Source of the DNA: Octopus vulgaris
Lineage: Eukaryota
Direction of reading: 5' to 3'
Length of the DNA stretch: 64,000 nt
NCBI GenBank assembly: GCA_951406725.2
Contig: OX597817.1
Coordinates: 76,446,001-76,510,000, forward strand
Positions 39,569 to 53,394 of this stretch are shown here, piece by piece; position 1 is the stretch's first letter, and each line of letters opens with the position of its first letter. The notes under the pieces were generated by a model. It was not told where the DNA came from and ran no database searches. It saw only the letters and a list, made by a program, of their open reading frames with translations. The position numbers and the translations under genes are program-made.

Positions 39569-40611
39569 ATATATAAATAAATACGTACATATATATGCAT
39601 ATATATTCACATACATACACCCACACATATAATCTATGATTTTGTAGACACCTTTGGGTGTTATGTGTATGAATATATATGTATATATAGATAGATTTAT
39701 ACATATATAATATATATGTGTGTGTGTGTGTATATTTGCATGTATGCATATGTAAAAGTATGTGTGCATATATATATATATATATGCAGGGAGAGAGAGA
39801 GAGAAATAGTTTGTGTGTGAAGAAAGGGAGAGAGTGGGAGACATGAAGGCAGAAAATGAGAGAGAGGTTATGTGTGAATGGATGACCGTTCGAATGACGA
39901 AAAATTACTTTATAGTATTAGCTTCCACACTTTACGTTCTGAGTTCCAATTCTGTCAACTTTTGCATTCTATATTTTCAGGGTCGCCAAGAAGTACCAAA
40001 CGAGTTTTGGGACCGGTGGAATCGAAGAACTCCTTCTCGACGGCATTTCTGGCTTTGTGCCTCAATCAGAGACTGTTATGCCAAGGTGATAAAGTAACAA
40101 AGTTGTTAGATCAGAGAACAAAATATATCACGGCATCATTTTCTGTTTTCTGCACTCAAGGATTCAAATCCCTCTGGATTCCTGGGGCTAAAAACAACAG
40201 GAACACAATCTTCTATAGGACCGCCACATTTAGTTGACAAATATATTTTATGAATAAACAGACAGGGATAAATAGACAGATAAATAAATAAATGGAAGAA
40301 AAAGTTCAAAATCTAAGTTTGGGGGAGGAGTGAAATTTGAGCTCCTTATTAAACTTTATAACATTAATTATTAGACATTAATGTTTGTTTCTCATAAAAT
40401 GGTGTATATTTAATTTACATTAATTTATTTGGGATTATTTAAGGGAAACACACGTAAAACGCAAATTATTTTCACTTTAATGTTTTTGTCTGTATTTAAT
40501 TCAGATTTTCATATGTTCATCAGTTCACTACAATCTCTTCAAAGTAAAAAAAAATCAAAAATTTAAATTGGGAGTCAGGGAGAGGTTCAGTGGGGTATGG
40601 AATTTAATAAT

Positions 40612-40740
40612 TTTTGTCAGTGTCCATGTTTCACTGCCATATAATAACACTGATTCGACAGTTATAATGAACAGCTTTTTTTCTGATTTGCCTGACAATT
40701 TAGAGTTCCAGTTAACAGATAGGGGAAAGGCCTTCAGATA
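40612..40740 (-). pseudogene. RTE-clade RT thumb remnant
   Basis: KKLFIITVESVLLYGSETWTLTK. Confidence 0.75.
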
Positions 40741-41612
40741 AGAAGATTAGCTGTGAATATAAAAATAAACAGTCCTGCACCAAACATACGTAAAGGAGTA
40801 AAACTCAATGATGAAAAATCTCATCCTTGAACTGCAGGAGGTTGGTATGCGGTGGATGCAAGCTTCAATAAACTGATTCATTGGATACACGTAATTTCTG
40901 ACTCACCGGAGATCCTGTCTCTACTAATGAGCAAATGCCATCTACAGGAGGAGTATACCATCTCTGCCAGTATTAAGGTCAAACTGACAAAATTCCTTTC
41001 TTAACTAAAGTGTGAAATAGATTTTTCATAGACAGATGGGTGACATACCATCTCCAGCAAATCCAGTCAGATACATCCTCTCATCCCCAATGGTGTGACT
41101 CCTTAGCAAACTCTGCCATAAATTAATATGCCCGGTCCTTCGTTCTCTGAATCTGAACCATCCAAAATTTTCTTTTTACCCATGCCCCCTTCCCCAAGCA
41201 GTTGTTAGTATACAGATATTAAAACCGAACATCAACCGCACAGCTCTCGCCCCTACTTCATTAATATGATAAGAATAGGATATTGCTGTAACAACGTCCT
41301 CCTGATTAGATCATGAGAAAAACATTTCTATACTGAACTCACTCGTGTACTCACTCCATTTTCTTCTTTTTTATTTCATTTCAATTTACTATTTCTGTTT
41401 CTTTCATTCTTCCTTCTTTCTTTGCTCTGTTTCTCTTCCTCCGTTCCTTTCTTCCTTCCTTCCTTCCTTCCTTCCTTCATTCATTCATTCATTCATCCCT
41501 TCCTTCCTTCTTTCTTTCCTTCCTTTCTACTTCTCTTTTTTCGCTTTCTTTCCATATTTTTTCTTTCTACCTTCTTTCTCTCCTTCCTCCCTTCATTATT
41601 TTCTTTGTTTTT

Positions 41613-41668
<56 letters not shown>

Positions 41669-42837
41669 TCCTTCCTTCCTTCTCACTCTCTCTCTCTCTC
41701 TCTGCATGTCTGTCTGTCTGTCTCTCTCTCTCTTCTTTCAAGGTTATCTGCTCATTGTTCATTACTTCAAAATTACTAAAAATGTAAATAGGCAACCAAT
41801 ATGCCTTTTCTGTCACAAAATAAGTACATGGAAAAGAGCTATTGGTAAGCATAAATATACAGCAGAACCTCAGCCCACCTATCGGAAATATAGATTACTG
41901 ATTTCAACAATAAGATGACAATTTTGTTACATATATAGCCGATTGGATCAACTCTCTTTCCTCATTATACGTCTGGTACCTTTGTTTTTATATTAGTATT
42001 TTATCGTTTAAGTGATTTTAGAGGACAGTTTGAAAGTCCTTCTCTAGGCTCCGTAAAAGCATGGCATTCTAACCACCACTCCACAATTTATGTCTCTTAA
42101 TACACATGAAAACAAAATTGGCAATATCATTAGACATGAAAGACATTTTAAGAAAGCTAAAGATAAAGATATTGCATATATATATCTTCCACACACATTC
42201 ATACACACACATAAGGACAAATACATATACATAGATACACACATAGACGCACACATAAATACATGCTTACAGACGTACATTCATGTCTACACAAATATGC
42301 GCACACATGCAGAGTCTACAGTATGCTTATCAGTTGTCATGTTATATTGTAAAGCCGATATCAACCAAATGTATGCTTTTACTTCTAATCCTTCATAATC
42401 CCATTAATATTCTACGATTATCTGACAATGTAATTGCATTAAGAGTATTTTGTTTATGAAGTCAAATAAGTCACAAATTTTATGTTGGTGCTGTTGTTTA
42501 GCCCCAAATTAAGCAGAATTATGATGAAAGAAATTCCACCCATGACCATTCCGTCTATACATATAGACAGCTTGGTGTGCGGTATTCAATATGTTAATTG
42601 ATTCATAATACAGTGCAAAGTAATTTGAGGGAGATTTCGTTGCTGCTTCTATGTCATTGCGATCACATACACACGCAACACATATTTAGAGTAAAAGTAA
42701 AAGAATATAAATTACACATATAATTTATGTTTTAATTGTGCTCAGCAGCTGTTTCATTGGGATAAACAGTATTTAAATGTATAATTACAAATGTGCTAAT
42801 GCATAATTAATTCATTTTAATTACTTTAATCTGAATT

Positions 42838-43243
42838 CTTTTACTCTTTTACTCTTTTACTTGTTTCAGTCATTTGACTGCGGCCATGCTGGAGCACCGC
42901 CTTTAGACGAGCAAATCGACCCCGGGACTTATTCTTTGTAAGCCCAGTACTTATTCTATCGGTCTCTTTTGCCGAACCGCTAAGTTACGGGGACGTAAAC
43001 ACACCAGCAACGGTTGTCAAGCAATGTTAGGGGACAAACACAGACACACAAACACATACACACACATATATATATACATATATACGACAGGCTTCTTTCA
43101 GTTTCCGTCTACCAAATCCACTCGCGAGGCATTGGTCGGCCCGAGGCTATAGCAGAAGACACTTGCCCATGATGCCACGCAGTGGGACTGAACCCGGAAC
43201 CATGTGGTTGATTAGCAAGCTACTTACTACACACCCACTCCTG
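42838..43243 (-). mobile_element. Near full-length tRNA-derived SINE
   Basis: Reverse complement of the 57821-58216 family, with an internal (TG/TA)n tract and a (gtaaaaga)n tail. Confidence 0.9.
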
Positions 43244-43758
43244 TTGAGCACAAAATATGAACATTATATGAAATTTACGCTTTTTCTGCTTTTATTCTAA
43301 ATAAGCTACTCTTAAAGGTTCTTTTAGCAACAAATGTATATACATGAAAGTCGGTTCCACTTGGATTTACTGCTATGTAAGAACATGTTAGTGATTAACG
43401 AACAGTTATTTAATGAGGTCTTAATTGCCGTGGCTATATATTCTGATGTTTATACTTCAATTCTGTGTGTGGATATATGTGTGTGTGCGTGTGTAGACAG
43501 ACATATAGATAGAGAGGTGGGTAGATAAGTTAAATGCAATAGTTGAGGCATGAAATATAAAATATGTAGATATGTATACATGCAGATTTGGAGACTTTCA
43601 GATGATGAATTTTTAAGTATAAATATATGGATATTTGAATTAATAGATCCAACTTACACAGAGTACAAACGTCAGAGAAAGTTAAAGGGGTAGAAGGAAG
43701 GTGTAATAAATCCAACAGCTGTTTCTGGAGTCTCGGCGATCCATAATAATGTTGGTAT

Positions 43759-43804
43759 ATTTAGTTCATCACAATATGTGGCCGCATACTGAGATGAACT
43801 AAAT
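43759..43804. repeat. 46-bp spacerless imperfect palindrome
   Basis: atttagttcatcacaatatgtgg|ccgcatactgagatgaactaaat; 20 of 23 positions complementary. Confidence 0.9.
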
Positions 43805-43945
43805 CTATTCATTCAAACGTTGATTACGTCGAACGTAGTTACTAAACCATCTTGTTTTTTTAACAGCTTGACAGAATATGAAATAATTAATATTTCGGCT
43901 ATGAAATTTGGGTAAATGTATTTCACGAGACTTTTTTTGTTTTTA

Positions 43946-44001
<56 letters not shown>

Positions 44002-44050
44002 TTGCTGCTGCTACTGCTGCTGCTGCTGCTACTACTACTACTACAATTAC

Positions 44051-44089
<39 letters not shown>

Positions 44090-44395
44090 GAAGAAGAAGA
44101 AGAAGAAGAAGAAGAACAACAACAACAACAACAACAACGACAATAATAATAATAACAATAATATTTTTTACTAAAGGCACAAGGTCTGAAATTTGGGGGA
44201 GGGGGACAGTCGAGTACATCCACCCCAGTGCTCAACTGTTATTTTATCGACCTCGAAATGATGAAAGGCAAAGTCAACCCTAGGAGAATTTGAACTCAGA
44301 ACGTAACGACGGACGAAATACCTATTTCTTTACTACCCACAAAGGGCTAAGCACAGAGAGGACAAACAAGGACAGACAAACGCATTAAGTCGATT

Positions 44396-44757
44396 ATATA
44401 CCGTTAGGTTATGAGATTTAGTGTTTTCGAATCATCTTAGTTTGCTGAGATGATCCGAAAACACAACACCTAACGGTATATCATTTCTACCCCACTGGTG
44501 AGATTATATTGTAATTTAATCTTTTAGGCTTAATTGAAACAGCTGTAAGAGAATATGTTGGATTTTTGCAGATAATAAATTATATTAATGCTATATCTCC
44601 ATGTCCTAAATGTTCTCTTTGAATATCTATAAACCAAGATTTATATTTAAACCTATTATTTTTTTAATATAATTATTAAAAAAATACTAGGCCACGAATC
44701 AGTAATTCATTGGATATTACTATCCCTTAAAGAGGCTAATTTCACCTCTAATTAAAT
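44396..44757 (+). mobile_element. Hammerhead element with a 5' fold-back hairpin, interrupting a SINE and ending in (TA)n
   Basis: Hairpin at 44396-44481; hammerhead-like motif at 44491-44551; subterminal ctaggccac shared with the 5791-6370 element. Confidence 0.65.
44491..44551 (+). ncRNA. Decayed type I hammerhead motif
   Basis: ccca-CTGGTGA-gatta-(24 nt)-taatt-GAAA-cagctg-TA-agag: palindromic stem III; A6G change and weak stem I. Confidence 0.55.
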
Positions 44758-44767
44758 ATATATATAT

Positions 44768-44826
<59 letters not shown>

Positions 44827-45730
44827 TACATACATCAGTTGTAAGCGAGTATGATTTTAGTAGCTTATACCATCCTTTCGCTAATTCTTTTACGGGATTG
44901 TGCAGTCGAGACCCAGACAGAGCGCCTTTTCAAACCCCTTATGGTTACGTTCCTTGAAAATTTGAGAATGTTACCAGCATGGCTAAGAATTGTCGCTTCT
45001 CTTAAACTAAAGAACGAATTATAGTGCCTTACATTTCCAATATACTTTTGCCATCCAAAAGCCTGATATAGCTACTAAATACCTGTCCAATGAAAGAGAT
45101 AATATAACTGTTAAATCCCTAAGGTATTGATTATATCACATTGAAACCTTACACATGTATAGCATACGCCTAAAGATAGCATCTGTATTCTACATTCCTA
45201 TGTCGTATGACATTATTTTTTATTCAAAACTATCCAATGAAAGAACTCACTTATATTAAATAAAAATATTGATGTTGGATATATTAATAAATATTGCATA
45301 AGAAACATGTGTTTAACCCTCTCATGAATACTTTTACAAATATAACAGTCATAATGATATAATTCTATGAGACAGAGAATAGAAAATAACTCATGCTTTG
45401 AATGTCAGATACCCAGCAGATATAAACATTTCATTCCGAAGTGAAGCGTACAATTTTTCCACCTACGTTTTAAATTTACATTCTTGCCCATATCAAACTG
45501 TGTGACGTTAGGTAAAGAAAGAGATCACCACGTATGGTGCAAATACATTCTGTAAGCTGAACAGTAAAATTCATCTTGGTATTCATTACTGCGGCTTTTA
45601 TTTTTAAATCTAAACACATTGAGAGAACTTTGTTTCTCAGTTAGAAACCAGCTACAAGAAGTGACACACAAAAAAAAAATTAAAAAGGAAGAACAGCCAC
45701 CGCATACATACAATCATAACACACACACAC

Positions 45731-45796
<66 letters not shown>

Positions 45797-45819
45797 CTAT
45801 ACTCACTTCTGCCTTTCAC

Positions 45820-45852
<33 letters not shown>

Positions 45853-46169
45853 TGTGTGTGTGTGCGTGCATGTGTGTGCATGTGTGTTTAAAATACATAA
45901 AGTATTAATGAGAGTTAGACCTAGACCGAATAACTCACTTTCCTTTCTTTTTTACCATCGCGGTACAAGGAAATAGAAATATACGTTTCGAATATTTTTA
46001 TCTTAATCTCTGAAGTTGTGTCACCAATAATTCTTAGAATATAGCATCCAAATGGTTAATAACATATTGTTTACGATTAAACATGATTTGAATATTAATA
46101 TTGCAACCTGATAGCGTTCCAGCAATAGCTCATACGTCGCTTTGTTTCATTCAATATGTGTACTTCCTT

Positions 46170-46540
46170 AAGGCGATAAGCTCGCAGAAACGTTAGCACG
46201 CCGGGCGAAAATGCGTAGCCGTATTTCGTCCGCCGTTACGTTCTGAGTTCAAATTCCGCCGAAGTCGACTTTGTCTTTCATCCTTTCGGGGTCGATTAAA
46301 TAAGTACCAGTTACGCACTGGGGTCGATATAATCGACTTAATCCGTTTGTCTGTCCTTCTTTGTCCTATCTGTGTTTAGCCCCTTGCGGGTAGTAAAGAA
46401 ATAGGTATTTCCTCTATCTTCACGTTCTGTGTTCAAATAGCGCCATGGTCGACTTTGCCTTTCATTCTTTCGCGGTCGATAAATTAAGCACCAGTTACGT
46501 ATTTTCCCTAAATTTCAGGCCCTGTGCCTAAAGAAGAAAA
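46170..46540 (+). mobile_element. tRNA-derived SINE with an internal duplication of its B box/central domain
   Basis: acgttctgagttcaaattccgcc..gtcgactttg..aagtaccagttacg at ~46238 and again at ~46422. Confidence 0.85.
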
Positions 46541-46927
46541 AAATGTGTCCTTCCTTTTTGATAAGAGCAGTGTAGAATTTGAGAAGTGTTTCACATTTAT
46601 TTCTAGTCTACAAATAGGCTGCATAAACACTGGATGGCAGAGGCTCTCTCGTTGGCTTCTATGTATCTCAATGTTTATTTTACAATCATTAAAAAGTATT
46701 TACTAACACACCAACATAGTATGGATATTTGAATACAACATTCTGTAGTTTAAAGAAGTATAATCTTTTTTAATGTTAAAAGCACGTATGATCACGTTCT
46801 GACATGAAACCACCAAGGGATACAAACTTACTTCAAACGCCCAGCAATAGAGCTTGTGTATAGAATCTACTACTACTACTACTACTACTAATAATAATAA
46901 TAATAATAATAATAACCACTACTACTA

Positions 46928-46985
<58 letters not shown>

Positions 46986-47329
46986 ATTCTGCTGCTGCTG
47001 TTACTGAGGTAGTTGCTGTAAATAGTAGTAGTAGTATTGTTATTATTTTTTTGTCATTATTAGGTGGCGAGCTAGCTTAATCGTTAGCACGCCAGGCAAA
47101 ATGGTTAGCGGGATTTCGTCCGTTTTTACATTCAGAGTTCAGATTCCGCCGAGGTCGACTTTAACCCTTCATCCTTTTTGTGGTCGATAGCATAAGTACC
47201 AGTTGAACACTGGTGTCGATGCAATCGACTTCCCCCTCCCCACAAAATTGCAGGCCTTGTGCCTAGTATAGAAAAGACTATTATTTGTTCGTTGACTGTA
47301 GTTGATTTCATCATACACCTCTGATCGAA

Positions 47330-47690
47330 TGGACAGCAACACTAGATGATAACATAACCAAAAAGAAGAGTTACATTGGGTTATGTTAATACTTCTTCAA
47401 AAGTCGCTATGCTTATCACATATCTTTCTTCCGGCACAGGAACAAAAGCAAAGCCACTAAGTTGGCTGGCCACGTAAGGGGTTTCAAGTCTAACACCACT
47501 CCACATATAATCAACTAGAAAATAGTTGAAAAGTCCACACCATATGTCAACGAATAAAAAGAAATGTAACCCGTGCGTAGCTGTAAAACCAGATCTAAGA
47601 ATTCCACCGCATACTGAATTCCGGAACTGAAATTTTCAACGGATGTAAACATACAGATAAGTTCCTGATTGCAAATTGGAGAAGAAAAAA
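47330..47690 (+). pseudogene. Decayed PLE GIY-YIG C-terminus (Naiad/Chlamys-like motif pattern)
   Basis: KKKSYIGLC*YFFKSRYAYHISFFRHRNKSKATKLAGHV..*KIVEKSTPY..KCNPC..LNSGTEIFNGCKHTDKFLI. Not in the ORF track. Confidence 0.7.
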
Positions 47691-47896
47691 CCCACCCTAT
47701 ATGGATTGAGCAGCCGTACAGCAGACTCTAGGCCCCTATACGTTCAGCCTTAGAATGTCTTACGGTCAAAGGGGACATAACTCCTTTTATTTTCGTTTTC
47801 CGGTGTTTCAAGCTTTCACCTTTTACCTATATTTTCTTCTCACCTCTTCTAGTAAAAGTATAAACTGATTTACAAACAATATATATTTTTTTTTTT

Positions 47897-48083
47897 TTAC
47901 TTGTTTCAGTCATTTGACTGCAGCCATGCTGGGGCACCGCCTTTAGTCGACCTCGGGACTTATTCTTTGTAAGCCCAGTACTTATTCTATCGGTCTCTTT
48001 TGCCGAAACGCTAAGTGACGGAGACGTAAACACATCAGCATCGGTTGTCAAGCAATGCTAGGGGGACAAACACAGACACACAA

Positions 48084-48140
<57 letters not shown>

Positions 48141-48305
48141 TACGACAGGCTTCTTTCAGTTTCCGTTTACCAAATCCACTCACAAGGCTTTGGTCAGCCC
48201 GGGGCTATAGCAGAAGACACTTGCCCAAGATGCCACGCAGTGGGACTGAACCCGGAACCATGTGGTTGGTTAGCAAGCTACTTACCACACAGCCACTCCT
48301 GCGCC
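47897..48305 (-). mobile_element. Full-length tRNA-derived SINE
   Basis: Same family as 42838-43243 and 57821-58216. Confidence 0.9.
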
Positions 48306-48309
48306 TATG

Positions 48310-49790
48310 CATCCCTACCCACATACATACACGCACACCTACTCACACACACACATACACACACACACATACCCGCACACACACACACATACATACATAC
48401 ACACACATACCCACTTCAGACATACACACACACAGACATACACCCATACACCCACACTCACACGCATACACACACACACATACACACGCACACGTACACA
48501 TACACACACACACACACCTACATACATACATTACACTTGTATACACACACACTTACATTCATACACACACACACCTACACAGCCATACCCTCACTCAGAC
48601 ACACACATCTACCTACACACACACACAAACACACACTGACACACACCCATACATACATACATCTACACACTCACGCCTACACACATACATACACACATAC
48701 AAAAACACACACACATACACATACACACACATACGCACACACGCATATACTTATACACATGCACACACACACATATATACATACACCCATATACATACAC
48801 ACACACATACCTACATACTCCTATACATACTCCTACACACACACACACACACATACACACTCACACAAACATACACACACACATACTTACACACACACTC
48901 CCCTGCACGCGCACACACATGCATGACAAACACCCATACACTCACACTCACATACGCACACACCAACATAAACACGCACACGCACACACACACCTACACT
49001 CCCACACACATACACACGCACCTACATACACACACGCACGCATACACACGCATACACACATACATTACACACGTACACACACACCTACATACACATGCAT
49101 ACACACACACACAAACATGCACGGACACACCCAGACATACATACATACACCTATATACACACGCCCACACACCTACATACACACACATATACACACGCCC
49201 ACACAGCTACATACACACACATACATACACACATACACGGACACACCCATACATACTTACATACATACACCTATACACACACGCCTACACACCTACACAC
49301 ACACATGCATACACACACACATGTACGCACATACACACACATATACGCACACACATATATACCCACACACATGCACACACACACACATACGCACATACAT
49401 GCACGCATGCACACGCGCACACCTACACGCATACACACACACACACGCACGTACACATACATACATACACACACGCATACATACACCCATACACATACAT
49501 GCATCCTACACACACATACATACACACTCACACATACATACACACACACGCACTCACTCACACACCTGTATGTTCGCGCACACACATGCACATACACACA
49601 CTTCCCCACACCCACACGTACATACATACACACTCATACACATACACACACACACACACACACGGACATACATCTATGCACACACATATATACACACATA
49701 CTCACATACATTCATCGGACACACTGCCACCCAGACATACACACAGACACACTCACACATCCACACACACACATACGTACGCGCACACTC
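48310..49790. repeat. ~1.5-kb degenerate (CA)n/(CATA)n low-complexity tract
   Basis: Directly visible; source of the long His/Thr ORFs. Confidence 0.95.
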
Positions 49791-50528
49791 GCAGGCGCGC
49801 GCACACACGCGCTTGCGCCGGTTCGCGCACGCATGCGCGCCGCATGCACCTCGCCCTTGGACCCGACGAGACCTCCCGCCCGTTCCTGGGATGTCGCTTG
49901 TCGTTGGGTTTTCCCACGCCCGTCTCCGCGGGACCACTCTTCCATCTTCCCCTCCGCTGGAGTCTTTTCCTAACCCCCCCTTTTTTTTTTTTCGTTACAC
50001 ACACGCGCACACATATACACACATTGCTTAAACATATACATTACTCTTACACACATTCAATCTACTCGCCACTAATACTACCACGACACTGGACACACAC
50101 ACACACTACTACTCAACACACGCTGGCACGCTACATACGCCCCCACCCCTTCCCTCCCTCCCTTCCTCCTTCCTCCCTTTTCTCACTACTGACCTTTGTC
50201 TGCTATGCTGCTGCTATGCTGACCACCGTCTCGCCCTACCTCACACGCCTACACACAGACGCACACACTAACACATACATATATTTTTTGTTTTTTTTAC
50301 CTCGCCTCACACACACACATACACACACGCACACGCACACACTCACACATACACACACATCTGTTGCGTTACCAACCTTGTCTCCACTCTTTGCCTTTAA
50401 AAACCCACTTTGCTCTTGTTATCGTAAACATCCGCCTTTCACCATGTGCTACTCCTAACACCAGTCGTTTTTTCTCTATCTCCGTTGCCCGCTCCGGGAT
50501 CTTTCTTTCCTCTCTCTTCCTTCTTTAT

Positions 50529-50563
50529 GTTTCCGACGAAGAGCTCCGCTCGAAACGTCATAC
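50529..50563 (+). ncRNA. Minimal hammerhead motif (U4C, extra A after A9), GUC triplet
   Basis: gttt-CCGACGA-a-gagc-tcc-gctc-GAAA-cg-TC-atac: palindromic stem III (ACGT); ~95 nt upstream of a (TA)n tract. Confidence 0.7.
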
Positions 50564-50649
50564 CTCCCTGCTTCCATTTCCTGAGCGCCTATTAATAATA
50601 ATACTGTAATTGTTCCATTGTTGTTGTTTTTTTGTTTCCCGTTTGGATT

Positions 50650-50699
<50 letters not shown>

Positions 50700-50711
<12 letters not shown>

Positions 50712-51000
50712 CGTTCTTTCTCGAGCCATGCCTGGCTCATAAAGCTCGGTGTCCCGGTTCCTTGGCATATAGCTTCCCCACCTAGACGGGACGCCGGTCC
50801 GTCGCAAGTGAGCTGCAAGATGCAGGAGGAAAGAGTGAGAGAAATTGTGGCGAAAGAGTCAGCAGAAGTTCACCATTACCTTCTGCCGGAGCCGCGAGGA
50901 GCTTAGATGTTTCGCTCATAAACACACACATCGCCCGGTCTGAGATTCGAACCCGCGATCCCTCGACCGCGAGTCCACTGCTCTAACCACTAGGCCATGG
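50700..51000 (-). mobile_element. tRNA-derived SINE
   Basis: Minus strand A box tggcctagtggttagagc, B box gggttcgaatctc, (AAC)n tail; tail related to 29905-30000. Confidence 0.85.
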
Positions 51001-51386
51001 TCATATGCCTCTCTCTCTCTCCATTCTCTCTCTCTCTCTCTGTGTGTATATGTGTGTGTATGCGTGTGTGTGTGTGTGTGTGTATACATGTATGTAGATG
51101 TCTTATATTGAATTAAGCATACGTAGCATTTGAAATTTTCTGCTGAATTCTATTTTCAGTGTAATTATATATCGAAATCAAAATAAAAGACTGAGAAATT
51201 TGGTATATTTCAAATTCCATGTTACATGCGTTCCATTACAGGATAGGAAGTAGATTTTCATTTTTTAAATTATACTATTATTTCAGTTTATGTTTATCGT
51301 TAATCTTTTACTTGTTTCAATCATTGGACTAAAGCCTTTATGGAGAACCGCCCTGAGTTTAGTCGAAGGGTTTAATCGAACCTAGT

Positions 51387-51430
<44 letters not shown>

Positions 51431-51507
51431 GACTGGTACTTATTTTCACTCTCTCTTTTATCAAATAAGTTGTCAAGCGGAGGTGGAGGCATAATTTTAA
51501 ACACAAG

Positions 51508-51563
<56 letters not shown>

Positions 51564-51707
51564 ACACACACAGAGTTTGTGGTACAGATCCACTTCTCTC
51601 AAAGCTTCTACTTTTGAAAATCCGATTGAGTAATGTTAATATGAATAATAAATCTTTTTAAAAACACGCTCTGTGCACTTTCAACTTCATTAATTTGTAT
51701 ATGCCTC

Positions 51708-51838
<131 letters not shown>

Positions 51839-51981
51839 TTATAAGTAAGGGCAAAACAGAAAATTTCTAAAGCCAAAATCTGTCGAAAATAGACAACGTC
51901 AATAACCATGTAATTTATCACTAACAGGCACGCATTTCGAAGAAAGCCGATAGAAATTTCTAAAAAATCCCGTTATTACCA

Positions 51982-52034
51982 TATCGGACCGATTTCAGAC
52001 TTAGTTCATAAGAACCTTACCTTCATCAGTGATA
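51982..52034 (-). ncRNA. Hammerhead motif in a short element (51836-52120) flanked by (TA)n
   Basis: tatca-CTGATGA-agg-taag-gttc-ttat-gaac-taag-tct-GAAA-tcgg-TC-cgata. Confidence 0.65.
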
Positions 52035-52147
52035 AATGCGCTAAAAGAAATAAGTGAAATACTTACTCATACCCATGGAAGAAGCGAGCACCAAGCCATG
52101 AGCACAATTAAGTACCTCAAATATATATATATACATATATATATGTG

Positions 52148-52640
52148 TGTGTAAATATATGCTCGACATTTTGGCAGGGAGTTTCCGTCTACCAGATCTA
52201 CACATAAGGTATTCTTCGACCTGGATTCGTAACAGAAGAAGACACTTCCTCAAGTTGCTGCGCACCGTGACTGAACCCGAAACCATGTGGCAGCAAAGCA
52301 AACCGTCTTAACCACACAGCCACGATTGTGCCCATAGCTAATATCAACGACCTATACTTATAATTATATCTATTTATATTTATTTATTTATATATCTGTG
52401 TAAATATATGCTCGACATTTTGGCAGGGAGTTTCCGTCTACCATATCTATACATAGGGCATTCTTCGACCTGGATTCGTAACAGAAGAAGACACTTCCTC
52501 AAGTTGCTGCGCACCGTGACTGAACCCGAAACCATGTTGCAGCAAAGCAAACCGTCTTAACCACACAGCCACGATTGTGCCCATAGCTAATATCAACGAC
52601 CTATACTTATAATTATATCTATTTATATTTATTTATTTAT
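52148..52640. repeat. Recent 249-bp tandem duplication of a SINE head plus flank
   Basis: gtaaatatatgctcgac at 52151 and 52400; only a handful of differences. Confidence 0.95.
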
Positions 52641-52994
52641 TTATTTATTTTGTCTGCATACAGGTAATATTAATATTTTCACAAACCCACTGATACACTT
52701 CAGTAATTTTCTTCTTGTATTTCTCCTCTGTTAACACCTCCTGAGTTATATAATGGACTGGCTCAAATTTCTGCGCCTACCTCATACAAAACCTTTCATA
52801 ATCTGTTCCAAAACGTTTTGTTTACATAACTTTCCCGCCTATCCTTGCCAGTTTTCGTCTTCTTTATATTTTTCATATGATATTATATAAACATAACAGA
52901 TGAGAACAGCGTTAATTTTGTCATTATTATCCCCCCCAACCCCATCCACCTCCATTATTTGCACCATGAATGCCAACAACTTCCTTTCTAAAAT

Positions 52995-53006
52995 TATTAT
53001 TATCAC

Positions 53007-53084
<78 letters not shown>

Positions 53085-53340
53085 TATCATCATCATCATC
53101 ATCAGCAGCAGCAGTAGCAGCAGTAGCAAGAGGATAGTAGGCAACCGCATCTTCATCATTATCATCATCTCCATTATCACCATCACCACCGTCGCCGCCA
53201 CTACAACTACCACCACCACCACCAACAGCAACAACAACAACAACAACAACAACAACACTACCACCACCACCACATCACCTCTATCATTGTTATCGTCATC
53301 ACCGTCGTCAACACAGTCGTCGTCATCATTATCGTCATCG

Positions 53341-53394
<54 letters not shown>

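Noticed and set aside
48221-50458. 745-aa His/Thr-rich ORF and overlapping long ORFs
   Set aside because: Translation of a degenerate (CA)n tract; open in several frames; no domain.
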